A DNA stretch of 64,000 nucleotides from Dipteris shenzhenensis (Eukaryota): assembly GCA_047967505.1 (NCBI GenBank), contig CM106538.1; one strand, 5' to 3'. The notes below the pieces were generated by a model. That model ran no database searches. It was given only the letters and a program-made list of their open reading frames with translations, and was not told the origin of the DNA. Made by a program: the position numbers and the translations under genes. Within the stretch, counting starts at the first letter, position 1; each line of letters begins with the position of its first letter. Positions 26,885-39,892 of the stretch are shown in pieces.

Positions 26885-27789
26885 AATCCTACAAGAAAAG
26901 ATAATGAAGAATTTAGATACATACAAGTAAAGTACAATATACAACGCTTGATACAATAAATGTGGGAAATAGCCCAAAAGGCTTTACAAGGCTTCATATG
27001 GCAATAAATGTGACCAATAGCGGAGAGGGATTTACAAAGTATTTTATAGCAATAAATGTGGGAAATAGCCTAGAAGGCTTTACAAGGCTTAAATATTTGT
27101 ACAAATGTAAAAAAATTAGCCAATAAAACTTTACAATGAAATAAAATGTCCTCTAGTGATAAAGCTTCAATCTTCGTGAAGACATGTAATTTGTCCATCC
27201 ATTGATTTGCCCTCTAGTGATAAAGCTTCAATCTTCGTGATGACATGTAATCTGTCCATCCATTGATATTTGTACACTGATACCCAACTGATGCAATCTA
27301 CCCACTAAAAACTATTCCACTGATATCCACTTATGCAGCCCACTGATACTGATTAAATTGTGAATGGTTGGGATGGTCGGGTTTATAACAAGGTGCTTCA
27401 TATGGCAATAAATGTGAAAAATATCCTAGAAGGCTTTACAAGGTTTTTTATGACAATAAATGAGCTTAAATATTTATACAAATGCATAAAAATAACCAAT
27501 AATCATCAAGCTCCAATATGTTCCATGACATGTAATCTGTCCACTGATATATGTAATTTGTCCACTGATATCTGCTATCTGCTCATGCAATCTGCCCATT
27601 GATAAACTTCTTGGTAAATGGTAAAAGGTCTTATCTAATAGCATGTTATGAGTGTTAAACCACATGTGAGTGAAGGGACTGACAACGATTAGGAACTAGT
27701 TAGAAAAATTTGAGCATGGCTCGATTAGCAACTTGGAGAATTGTCTCTCCTCTAAAGCAATCTAATCTATGCTAAACTATGCTAAACCA

Positions 27790-28520
27790 ACTGTCTGCCT
27801 CTCGCCTCCCCCCCTCCCGTCTCTCGCCTCCCCCCCTCTCCCACTCGCCTCCCCTGGCGGCCATGGTCGCCAGGATGCCCCCCCTCCCACCGCTCACCTC
27901 CCCCCTCCTCCTGCTTGCCTTCCCCTAGCGCCCTCTCGCCTCTCCCCCCCTCCTGCCTCTCGCCCTCTACCTCCCCTCCTGCCTCTCACCTCCCCCCTTC
28001 CCGCTCATCTCCCCTTCGCAGCCGCGGTCGCCAAGACCACCCCCCCTCCTGCCTCTCAGCTCCCCCCCCTCCCGCCTCTCGCCTCCCCCTACCCTATCGC
28101 TCCCCCTTCCCCCTACCCCGCCTCCCCCCACTCCCTCCCCTCCCTCCTCTCTCTCTCCCTCCCCTCCCTCCCCTCCCTCTCGCCTCCCCTCGGTAGCCAC
28201 CGCGGCTGCCAAGATCCCCCTCTCCCGCCTCTCGCCTCCCCTATGCTGCCTCTTGCCTCCCCTACACCCCCGCTCCTCCCTCCCTCTTCCTCCCTCCTAC
28301 TTCCCTCCCTCTCTCCCCCTACCTCTACTCCTCCCTCCCTCTCTCCCTCCCTGCCTCCCTTCCCTCTTTCGTCGCTCCTCCCTCCCTCCTTGGCTCCTCC
28401 CTCCCTCCTTTCCTCCCTCTCATCCCCCTCTACTTCCCTCTTCCTCCTGAAGGCCGCGGCCTTCAAGGCTTCTCTCTTTCTCTCTAAACTTTCTCTCTCT
28501 CTCTCTAGTTCCTCTCTCTC
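27790..28520. repeat. C-rich low-complexity tract (G-rich on the minus strand)
   Basis: Runs of cctccccc and ctcgcctcccc with extreme strand skew. The Pro/Gly-rich ORFs here are compositional artefacts. Confidence 0.85.
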
Positions 28521-28719
28521 TTTCTTTCTTTCTCTCTCTTCAAATTTTTTTAAAAAAATCTAGATAAAGAATTAATTAAAAAAATTTACAAGTACCTAGA
28601 AAAAATTTGTAAGTGTGCTCTTTCTTGCTTTCTTGCTCTTCCTTCCTTGCTTTCTTGCTTGTCCTTGCCTTCTTGCTTTCTTGCTTCAATGAATGAAATG
28701 AGGGGAGAATGAATGAAGA

Positions 28720-28890
28720 AGGAAGACTATATATAAGAAAAATTAGGTTTTCCTCCTCTCCTATTGGCTTTCCATTCCTCCCCTCTCTCCTATTGGCTTT
28801 TCATTTCTCCCCTCTCCCATTGGCTCCCATTACTCCCCCTCTCCCATTGGACCCCCATACCTCATCCCAATCTTCCATTGGCCCTCCCCC
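28720..28890 (-). promoter_or_regulatory. Putative leftward promoter of the Ulp1-repeat gene: TATA plus clustered CCAAT boxes
   Basis: Minus-strand TTATATATAG at ~28726-28735, with five ATTGG (CCAAT on minus) at ~28763, 28793, 28819, 28846 and 28877. Confidence 0.45.
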
Positions 28891-29557
28891 CATCCATTTC
28901 TTCTTCCTCCCCCATTGCCACCACTCCCATCCCACATTTCCACCACATCCCATACTCCTCCCATTTCCCAAAATCCCATATTTCCCCATCTCACCCTCCT
29001 CTTTTTCATCCCCTATTAACTCCCCTCACTCATTTCACTCCCTTATTATCCTACTCCCCTATTACCTCCCCCTCTCCCATTCCATTCTTCCCTCCCCACT
29101 CTCACTTCCACTTCCCATTACTCACTTGCCATTTGAAAACTATTAATATATTATTATACTATTTTTTATACTTATTATCATACACGCCTATTACTTCCCC
29201 TCTCCCATCCCAGTCCTCCCTCCTCACTCCCACTTCCACTTCCCATTACTCACTTACTATACACATTTGCAAACTATTAATATATTATTATATGATTTTT
29301 TATACTATTTGCAAACTTACATGTGGGCAAAATCACAAGTGTCAAAGCGATCCTATTGTGGTCATACAACAACTGTGCTTTTATTCAAGGGTGTATTTAT
29401 CCTCATCAACAAGCTTATTTCAGCTTTTATTTTGACACAATACTCAAGGTATGAAGTACATAATTTGTGCACTAGGTGTTTACTTTGTTGTATCAAAATT
29501 GTTTGCCACACACACACACATATAAACATACCGAATATTATCGCATCTACATTTCTC

Positions 29558-32500
29558 CGATGGGCACAAAACTTTGTACATGCCTCAACCTAGGTTGTAT
29601 TGACTTGCATACAAAGTGGTGCACCCATCCCATGAGTACTTGTTTGGATAACACACCTGCAAACATATTTTATGATGATTGTGCATGACACTAGGAACAA
29701 AATGTTGTATAATGTGTGATCGACTATGCAAAGCATATCCAATGGACACAAGACTTTGCACATTCCTCAACCTAGGCAGTATTGACTTGTGTGCAAAGTG
29801 GCATCCCCATCCGAGAAGTACTTGTTTGAAAAATACACCTAGGATCATGTTTTTTGACGGTTCTACATGACACCAAGGCAAAAACGGTATTTAATACTCA
29901 ATCTACCATGTAAAGCATGTCTGTTGGGCACAATACTTTGCACGTGCCTCAAAAGCAGTGGTATGGTGTTCCATGCAAAGTGGAACGCCCATTCAATTGG
30001 TATGGTGTTCCATGCAAAGTGGAACGCCCATTCAATAAGTACTTGGTATGATAATACACCGAAGAGCGTGTTCTTTGACGGATGTGCATAACACTAGGGG
30101 AAAAACGGTGTATAATGTGTGATCCCCCATGCAAAGCATAACCGATAGACACAATACTGTGCATGCACATCAACCTAGTTGAAATTGACTTTCTTGCAAA
30201 GTGGCTCCCCCATCTGACAAGTACTTTTTAGAATATCACACCTAGGCCATGTTTTTTATTGGTTGTTGTCCATGACACTAAGGCAAAAACGTTGTTTTAT
30301 GCTTAATCGACAATGCAACACATATCCGACCATCACAATTTTGCACACATCTCAACCTAGGTATTATTGACTTACATGCAAAGTGGCGTGCCCATCCCTT
30401 AAGTACTTAGTCAAATAACACATCTAGGACCGTGTTTTTTGACGGTTGTGCATGACACTAAGGTCAAAACAATGTTTAATGCTTGTTCAACAATGCAAAG
30501 CATATCCGATGGGCACAACACCTTGAATGAGTCTCAAAAATTGTGGTATTGCATTTCATGCAAAGTGGTACACCCATCTGATAAGCAGTTGATCGAATAA
30601 CACACCTAAAAGCGTGTTTTTTTATGGTTGTGCATGACGTTGAGGCACAAACGGAGTTTAATACATGATATACCATGCAAAGTACATCCAATGGGCACAA
30701 TACTTTGCACCCACCTCAACCTAGGTGTTATTGAGTTGCATGAAAAGTGGCGTGTCAGTTAGATAAGTACTTGATCTGATAACACCTAGGACCGTGTTTT
30801 TTTACAAATGTGCTTGACACTAAGGCAAAAACGGTGTTTTATGCTTGATCGACAATGAAAAGCATATCCGATGGGTACAATCCTTTTCACACACCTTCAA
30901 CTAGGGGGAATTGACTTACATGTAAAGTGGCACGCCCATCCCATAAGTGATTGATCGGATAACATACCTAGCAGCGTGTCTTTTTACGGATGTGCATGAC
31001 ACTATAGCAAAAATAGTATTTAATGCTCGATTGACCACGCAAAGGATATCCGATGGGCACAAAAATTTTCCTACACCTCAACCTAGGTGGTATTGAAATT
31101 TTCTCAAAGAGGCACACCCATCCGATAAGTAATTGGTCAAATAACACACCTAAGGGCGTGTTTTTTTGCGGATGTGCATATCACTAGGGGAAAAATGGTG
31201 TATAATGCGTGATCGGCCATGCAAAGCATATCCGATGGTCACAATACTTTGCACGCACCTCAATCTAGTTGAAAGATACTTGCATGCGAAGTGGAGCCCC
31301 CATCTGATAAGTACTTTTTTGAATAAGACACCTAGGACAGTGTTCTTTTATGGTTATGCATTACACTAAGGCAAAAACGGTGTTTTATGCTTGATCCAAA
31401 ATGCAAAGAATATCCGATGGGCACAATACTTTGCATACACCTTCAGCTAGTACTTTGCATACACCTTCAACTAGTTGCAATTGAATTACATTCAAAGTGA
31501 CATTCCCATCGCATAAGTACTTGATCGGATAACACACCTAGCAGTGTGTTTTTTTACGGATGTGCATGACGCTAAGGCAAAAATAGTATTTAATGCTCGA
31601 TCGACCATGCAAAGCATATCCGATGGGCACAATACTTTTCCTATGCCTTAACCTAGGTGGTATTGAAATGTTCTCAAAGAGGCACACCCATTCGATAAGT
31701 ACTTCATCAGATAACATACCTAAGGGTGTGTTTTTTTGCAGATGTGCATATCACTATGGGAAAAACGTTGTATAATGCGTGATCGACCATGCAGAGCATA
31801 TCCGATGGTGACAATACTTTGCATGCATCTCAACCTAGTTGAAACTAACTTGCGTGCAAAGTGGAGCCCCCATCCGATAAGTACTTGTTTGAATAACACA
31901 CCTAGGACCGTGTTTTTTAATCATTGTGCATGACACTAAGGCAAAAACAGTGTTTTATGCTTGATCGACAATGCAAACCATATCCAATGGGCACAATAAT
32001 TTGCACACATCTTTAAGTTGGTGGAATTGACTTACATGCAAAGTGGCATACCCATCCCATAAGTGCTTGATCAGATAACATACCTAGCAGCGTGTTTTTT
32101 TACGGATGTGCATGACACTAGAGCTAAAATAGTATTTAATGCTCAATCGACCATGCAAAGGATATCCGATGGGCACAACACTTTTCCTATGCCTCAACCT
32201 AGGTGGTATTGAAATGTCCTCAAAGAGGCACACCCAACCGATAAGTACTTGGTCAGATAACACACCTAAGGGCGTGTTTTTTTGCAAATGTGCATATCAC
32301 TAGGGAAAAACGGTGTATAATGTGTGACCGGCCATGCAAAGCATATCTGATGGTGACAATACTTTGCATGCACCTCAACCTAGTTGAAAGATACTTGCGT
32401 GCAAAGTGGAGCCCTCATCTAATCAGTACTTGTTTGAATAACACACCTAGGACCGTGTTTTTCTATGATTGTGCATTACATTAAGGCAAAAACGGTGTTT

Positions 32501-35500
32501 TATGCTTGATAGACAATGCAAAGCATATCCGATGGGCACAATACTTTGCACAAACCTTCAACTAGGTGGAATTGACTTACATGCAAAGTGGCATTCCCAT
32601 CGTATAAGTACTTGATCGGATAACACACCTAGCAGCGTGTTTTTTTATGGATGTGCATTGAAATGTTCACAAAGAGGCACACCCATCCGATAAGTACTTG
32701 GTCAGATAACACACCTAAGGGCGTGTTTTTTTGCAGATGTGCATATCACTAGGGAAAAACGGTGTATAATGTGTGACCGGCCATGCAAAGCATATCTGAT
32801 GGTGACAATACTTTGCATGCACCTCAACCTAGTTGAAAGATACTTGCGTGCAAAGTGAATCCCTCATCTGATAAGTACTTGTTTGAATAACACACCTAGG
32901 ACCGTGTTTTTCTATGATTGTGCATTAACATTAAGGCAAAAACGGTGTTTTATGCTTCATAGACAATGCAAAGCATATCCGATGGGCATAATACTTTGCA
33001 CAAACCTTCAACTAGGTGGAATTGACTTACATGCAAAGTGGCATTCCCATCGCATAAGTACTTGATCGGATAACACACATAACAGCGTGTTTTTTTATGG
33101 ATGTGCATGACACTAGAGCAAAAATAGTATTTAATGCTCGATCGACCATACAAAGGATATCCGATGGGCACAAAAATTTTCCTATGCCTCAACCTAGGTA
33201 GTATTGAAATTTTCTCAAAGAGGCACACCCATCCGATAAGTACTTGGTCACATAACACACCTAAGGGCCTCTTTTTTTGCGGATGTGCATATCACTATGG
33301 GAAAAACAGTGTATAATGCATGATCGGCCATGCAAAGCATATCTGATGGTGACAATACTTTGCACACACCTCAACCTAGTTGAAACGGACTTGCGTGCAA
33401 AGTGGAGCCCCCATCCGATAAGTACTTGTTTGAATAACACACCTAGGACCGTGTTTTTTTATGATTGTGCATGACACTAAGGCAAAAACGGTGTTTTATG
33501 CTTGATCCACAATGCAAAGCATATCTGATGGGCACAATACTTTTCACACAACTTCAACTAGGTGGAATTGAATTACATGCAATGTGGCATTCCCATTGCA
33601 TAAGTACTTGATCGAATAACACATCTAGCAAAGTGTTTGTTTACGGATGTGCATGACACTAAGAAAAAAATGGTATTTAATGCTCGATCGACCATGCAAA
33701 GCATATTCAATGGGCACAATACTTTTCCTATGCCTTAACCTAGGTGGTATTGAAATGTTCTCAAAGAGGCACACCCATCCGATAAGTACCCCATCAGATA
33801 ACATACAAAGGGCGGCTTTTTTGGATGTGCATATCACTACCGGAAAAATGTTGTATAATGCGTAATCGACCATGCAGAGCATATCCGATGCTGACAATAC
33901 TTTGCACGCATCTCAACCTAGTTGAAATAGACTTGCGTGCAAATTGGAGTCCCAATCTAATAAGTACTTGTTTGATTAACACACCTAGGACCATGTTTTT
34001 TTATGGTTGTGCATGACACTAAGGCAAAAAGGGTGTTTTATACTTGATCGACAATGAAAAGCATATCTGATGGGAACAATACTTTGCACAAACCTTCAAA
34101 TAGGTGGAATTGACTTACATGCAAAGTGGCATGCCCATCCCATAAGTACTTGATCAGATAACATTCCTAGCAGTGTGTTTTTTTATGGATGTGCATGACA
34201 CTAATGCAAAAATGGTATTTAATGCTCGATCTACCATGCAAAGGATATCCGATTGGCACAAAAATTTTCCTATGCCTCAACCTAGGTGGTATTGAAATGT
34301 CCTCAAAGAGGCACACCCATCTGATAAGTAATTGGTCAGATAACACACCTAAGGGCATGTTTTTTTGTGGATGTGCATATCACTAGGGAAAAACGGTGTA
34401 TAATGCGTGATCGGCCATGCAAAGCATATTCGATGGTCACAATACTTTGCACGCACCTCAACCTAGTCGAAAGATACTTGCATGCAAAGTGGAGCCCCCA
34501 TCTGATAAGTACTTGTTTGAATAACACACCTAGGATCGTGGTTTTTTATGATTGTGCATTACACTAAGGAAAAAACAGTGTTTTATGCTTGATCCACAAT
34601 GCAGACCATATCCGAAGGACACAATACTTTGAAAACACCTTCAACTAGGTGGAATTGACTTACATTCGAAGTGGCATTCCCATCACATAAGCACTTGATC
34701 GGATAACACACCTAGCAGTGTGTTTTTTTACGGATATGCATGACACTAAGACAAAAATGGTATTTAATGCTCGATCGACCATGCAAATCATATCCGATGG
34801 GCACAATAATTTTCCTACACCTTAACCTATATGATCTCAAAGAGGCACACCTATCTGATAAGTACTTCGTCAGCTAACATACCTAAGGGCATGTTTTTTT
34901 TACAGATGTGCATATCACTACGGGAAAAAGGTTGTATAATGTGTGATCGACCATGCAAAGAATATCCTATGGTGACAATACTTTGCACACACCTCAAACT
35001 AGTTGAAACAGACTTTCATGCAAAGTGGAGCCCCCATCCGATAAGTACTTATTTGAATAACACACTTAGGACCGTGTTTTTTTATGTTTGTGCATGACAC
35101 TAAGGCAAAAACGGTGTTTTATGCTTGATTGACAATGCAAAGCATATCCGATGGGCACAATACTTTGCACACACCTTTGAATAGGTGGAATTGACTTACA
35201 TGCAAAGTGGCATGCCCATCCCATAAGTGCTTGATCAGATAACATTCCTAGCGGTGTGTTTTTTTATGGATGTGCATGACACTCGAGCAGAAATAGTATT
35301 TAATGCTTGATCGACCATGCAAAGGATATCTGATGGGCACAACACTTTCCCTTGCCTCAACCTAGGTGGTATTGAAATGTTCTCAAAGAGGCACACCCAT
35401 CCGATAAGTACTTGGTCAGTAACACCCCTAAGGGTGTGTTTTTTTGCGGATGTGCATATCACTAGGGAAAAAATGGTGTATAATGCGTGATCAGCCATGC

Positions 35501-38500
35501 AAAGAATATCGGGTGGTCATAATACTTTGCACACACCTGAACCTAGTTGAAAGATAATTGCATGGAAAGTGGGGCCCCCATCTGATAAGTACTTGTTTGA
35601 ATAAGACACCTAGGACCGTGTTTTTTTATGATTGTGCATTACACTAAGGCAAAAACGGTGTTTCATGCTTGATCCACAATGCAAAGCATATTTGATGGGC
35701 AAAATACTTTGCATACCCCTTCAACTAGTTAGAATTGAATTACATTGAAAGTGGCATTCCCATCGCATAAGTAACTTGTTGGGATAACACACCTAGCAGT
35801 GTGTTTTTTTACGGATGTGCATGACACTAAGGCAAAAATGGTATTTAATGATCGATCGACCATGCAAAGCATATCCAATGGGCACAATACATTTCCTATG
35901 CCTTAACCTAGGTGGTATTGAAATGTTCTCAAAGAGGCACACCCATCCCATAAGTACTTGCTCAGATAACATACCTAAAGGTGTGTTTTTTTGCGGATGT
36001 GCATATCACTACTGAAAGAATGTTGTATAATGCATGATCGATCATGCAAAGCATATCCAATGGTGACAATACTTTGCACGCACCTCAACCTAGTTGATAG
36101 GGACTTGCGTGCAAAGTGGAGCCCCCATCCGATAAGTACTTGTTTGAATAGCACACCTAGGACCATGTTGTTTTATGGTTGTGCATGACACTAAGGCAAA
36201 AACGGTGTTTTAAGCTTGATGGACAATGCAAAGCATATCCGATGGGCACAATACTTTCCACACACCTTCAAGTAGTTGGAATTGACTTACATGAAAAGTG
36301 GCATTCCCATCGCATAAGTACTTGATCGGATAACACACCTAGCAACGTGTTTTTTTACAGATGTGCATCACACTAAGGCAAAAATGGTATTTAATGCTCG
36401 ATCAACCATGCAAAGCATATCCGATGGGCACAATACTTTTCCTACACCTTAACCTAGGTGGTATTGAAATGTTCTCAAAGAGGCACACCCATCCGATAAG
36501 TACTTGGTCAGATAACATACCTAAGGGCGTGTTTTTTGGTGGATGTGCATATCACTGGGGGAAAAACATTGTATAATGCATAATCGACCATGCAGAGCAT
36601 ATCCGATGGTGACAATACTTTGCACACATCTCAACCTAGTTGAAACAGACTTGCATGCAAAGTGGAGCCCCCATCCAATAAGTACTTTGATTAACACACC
36701 TAGGACCATGTTTTTTTATGGTTGTGCATGACACTAAGGCAAAAACAGTGTTTTATGCTTGATCGACAATGCAAAGCATATCCGATGGGCACAATACTTT
36801 GCACACACCTTCAAGTAGGTGGAATTGACTTACATGCAAAGTGGCATTCCCATCGCATAAGTACTTAATCTGATAACAAACCTAGCAATGTGTTTTTTTA
36901 CAGATGTGCATGACACTAAGGCAAAAATGGTATTTAATGCTCGATCAACCATGGAAAGCATATCCGATGGGCACAATACTTTTCCTACACCTTATCCTAG
37001 GCGGTATTGAAATGTCCTCAAAGAGGCACACCCATCCGATAAGTACTTGTTCAGATAACATACCTAAGGGCATGTTTTTTTGCGGATGTGCATATCACTA
37101 CCGGAAAAACATTTTATAATGCATAAACGACCATGAAGAGCATATCCGATGGTGACAATACTTTGGACGCATCTCAACCTAGTTGAAACGGACTTGTGTG
37201 CAAAGTGGAGCCCCCATCTGATAAGTACTTGTTTGATTAACACACCTAGGACCGTGTTTTTTAATGGTTGTGCATGATACTAAGGCAAAAACGGTGTTTT
37301 ATGCTTGATCAACAATGCAAAGCATATCCGATGGGCAAAATACTTTGCACACACCTTCAACTAGGTGGAATTGACTTACATGGAAATTGGCATTCCCATC
37401 GCATAGGTACTTGATCGGATAACACACCTAGCAGCAGCATGTTTATTTACGGATATGCATGGCACTAAGGCAAAAATGGTATTTAATGCTCGATCGACCA
37501 TGCAAAGGATATCCGATGGGCACAATACTTTTCCTATGCCTTAGCCTAGGTGGTATTGAAATGTTATCAAAGGGGACACCCATCCGATAAGTACTTGGTC
37601 AGATAACATACCTAAGGGCGTGTTTTTTTGCATATGTGCATATCACTACAAGAAAAACGGTGTACAATGCGTGATCGACCATGCAAAGTATATCCAATGG
37701 TTACAATACTTTGCACACACCTCAACCTAGTTGAAAGATACTTGCATGCAAAGTGGAGCCCCCATCTGATAAGTACTTGTTATAATAACACACCTAGGAT
37801 CATGTTTTTTTATGGTTGTGCATTACACTAGAGTAAAAATGGTGTTTTATGTTTCATCGACAATGCAAAGCATATCCATGGGCATAATACTTTGCACAAA
37901 CCTTAAATGAGGTGGAATTTACTTACATTCAAAGTGGCATGCCCATCCCATAAGTACTTGATCAAAGAACATACCTAGCAGCATGTTTTTCTACGGATGT
38001 GCATGACACCAAGGCAAAAATGGTATTTAATGCTCGATCAACCATGAAAAGCATATGCGATGGGCACTATACTTTTCCTAAACCTCAACCTAGGTGGGAT
38101 TGACATGTTTTTAAATAGGCAACCCATCCGATAAGTACTTGGTCAGATAACACACCTAAGGGTGTGTTTTTTTGTGGATGTGCATATCACTAGGGAAAAA
38201 ATGGTGTATAATGCGTGATCGGCCATGCAAACCATACCCGATGGTCACAATACTTTGAATGAACCTCAACCTAGTTGAAACCAACTTTTGTGCAAAGTGG
38301 AGCCCCCATCTGAGAAGTACTTGTTTGAATAATAGACCTAGGATGTGTTTTTTTTATGGTTGTGCATGACACTAAAGGGAAAACGGTGTTTTATGCTTGA
38401 TCGACAATGCAAAGCATATGCGATGGGCACAATACTTTGCATACACCTTCAACTAGATGGAATTGACTTACATGCAAAGTGGCACGCCCATCCCATAAGT

Positions 38501-38640
38501 ACTTGATCAGATAACATACCTAGCATCGTGTTTTTTTACGGATGTGATTGACACTAGAGCAAAAATAGTATTTAATGCCTCGATCGACCATGCAAAGGAT
38601 AACTTGGTGTGTCCATCTGATGAGTACTTGATCGGATAAC
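29558..38640. repeat. Satellite array: ~50 monomers of ~182 bp, organised as a ~545-bp trimeric higher-order repeat
   Basis: ctcaacctagg recurs at 29584 and 29766 (182 bp). Three monomer types cycle (cctagttgaaa..tggagcccccat; ttcaactaggtggaattgac..tggcattcccat; ttttcctatgcc..gaaatgttctcaaagaggcacacccat), with same-type spacing of 537-548 bp (e.g. 35815, 36361, 36904). Confidence 0.95.
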
Positions 38641-38767
38641 TTCTCCCACCAATAAATTAAATACTAATAAAAAATTATATAAATGAGTAGATTATTAAAA
38701 AGAGACTAATATGTATGTAATTGTTGCTACTGCAGCAGCTTGCTTGTAAAGGACTCTCATAAAGGAG

Positions 38768-39892
38768 ATGGCTATAGATTTTGTTCCAGGGATGGATGTG
38801 ATTTTATGTAGCAAAAGCGAAGTAGTTGCATTTGCTACAATCCATGATAGTGATCCCAATTTAGTTTGCCACTTTCGAAGACTTGGCAAAGATAAGGTGG
38901 CAGTTATTGTATCAAAGATTCTTAGCACACATGTTGAGCTAAAGTATAAATGTGGAGATATGGAAACACTTGGAGATGTTATGCCCTACAATACATCCAA
39001 CAAATCATTTATAGCATGGGACAAAGATGAGACTTATGCAACAGACATTATTAGGAATACAAAGTGCACCACCTTGGATTTTACTATAGGGGACATTCTA
39101 CAAATGAGATCATTTTCAAATAAGACTATAGCAGAAGGTAAAGTATTGGGATTTGAACAAGTGGAGCAATGGTCATTTGCACAGATGAAGATTCTAAAAG
39201 TCACTGATGATGGTATGGTTGATCACGTAACATCCTTATGTGATCCCTACTATGAGGTAGGCAAGAATATGAGATGGAGCATGCAATTTTTAAACATGAG
39301 AAAGAGGCGCGTGGTTTTCAATGATAAAGACAAGGTATACTACAATATCAAAGGACCTAAAAAGCGTGCCCATGTGCTAGGCTCTATCACTTCAAATGTG
39401 GATGATTTCAATGTACTCAATTATAGAAGTGACATCTTATCTGGAGTGGTGGATGATTTCATTGGTTCTGAGAAACAAAATGATTTTAGAAGCGAAGCCT
39501 TATCTAGGGTGGATGAATTCTTGCACAGTGAGAAGGGCAAAGGTTTCAATAGCGATGTCTTGTCAAGTGTGGATGAGTTCATGCATATTAATAAACCTGG
39601 TGTCAATCAAGCTTGTGGATTTGTGAAAGCCATGCAAGATGTCCCAATGAGCGATGTTCTCTCAGGAGTGGAAGAGTTTCAAGGTTCTCAATACTCTCGT
39701 AGAATATTGAATTCATTGAATGGTCCTAAGAGTATGTTAAAAACGAGGATGAGATCAACAGAGGATTATTCAATATTTAACTTTGATTGTGATATGGCCA
39801 AGGATGCAATGACCAATCATGGATGCTTGGTTACAAACAAATGTGAGGAGAAGAAGTGCATAAATACAGATAACAACGTGCACGAGGAATGA
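38768..39892 (+). CDS. N-terminal part of the transposase gene; starts with a TNP1/En-Spm (Transposase_23-like) small domain, followed by 20-aa repeats
   Basis: 374-aa ORF. VAFATIHDSDPNLVCHFRRLGKDKVAVIVSKI...ETLGDV...FIAWD resembles the VA.G.I...DP..VH..PLG..V.V.V....TLGDA....I.W motif. Repeats read SD(I/V)LS.VDEF. It was probably once contiguous with the ORF at 40025. Confidence 0.55.
   Translation: MAIDFVPGMDVILCSKSEVVAFATIHDSDPNLVCHFRRLGKDKVAVIVSKILSTHVELKYKCGDMETLGDVMPYNTSNKSFIAWDKDETYATDIIRNTKCTTLDFTIGDILQMRSFSNKTIAEGKVLGFEQVEQWSFAQMKILKVTDDGMVDHVTSLCDPYYEVGKNMRWSMQFLNMRKRRVVFNDKDKVYYNIKGPKKRAHVLGSITSNVDDFNVLNYRSDILSGVVDDFIGSEKQNDFRSEALSRVDEFLHSEKGKGFNSDVLSSVDEFMHINKPGVNQACGFVKAMQDVPMSDVLSGVEEFQGSQYSRRILNSLNGPKSMLKTRMRSTEDYSIFNFDCDMAKDAMTNHGCLVTNKCEEKKCINTDNNVHEE

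Noticed and set aside
27769-29435. Proline-rich extensin-like ORFs
   Set aside because: They are open in several frames because of C-rich composition, and no domain signal is present.
29585-37831. Dozens of short Cys/His-rich ORFs (MCISL..RPCKAYPM..)
   Set aside because: They are translations of the satellite monomer on both strands, with frequent stops and no conserved frame.
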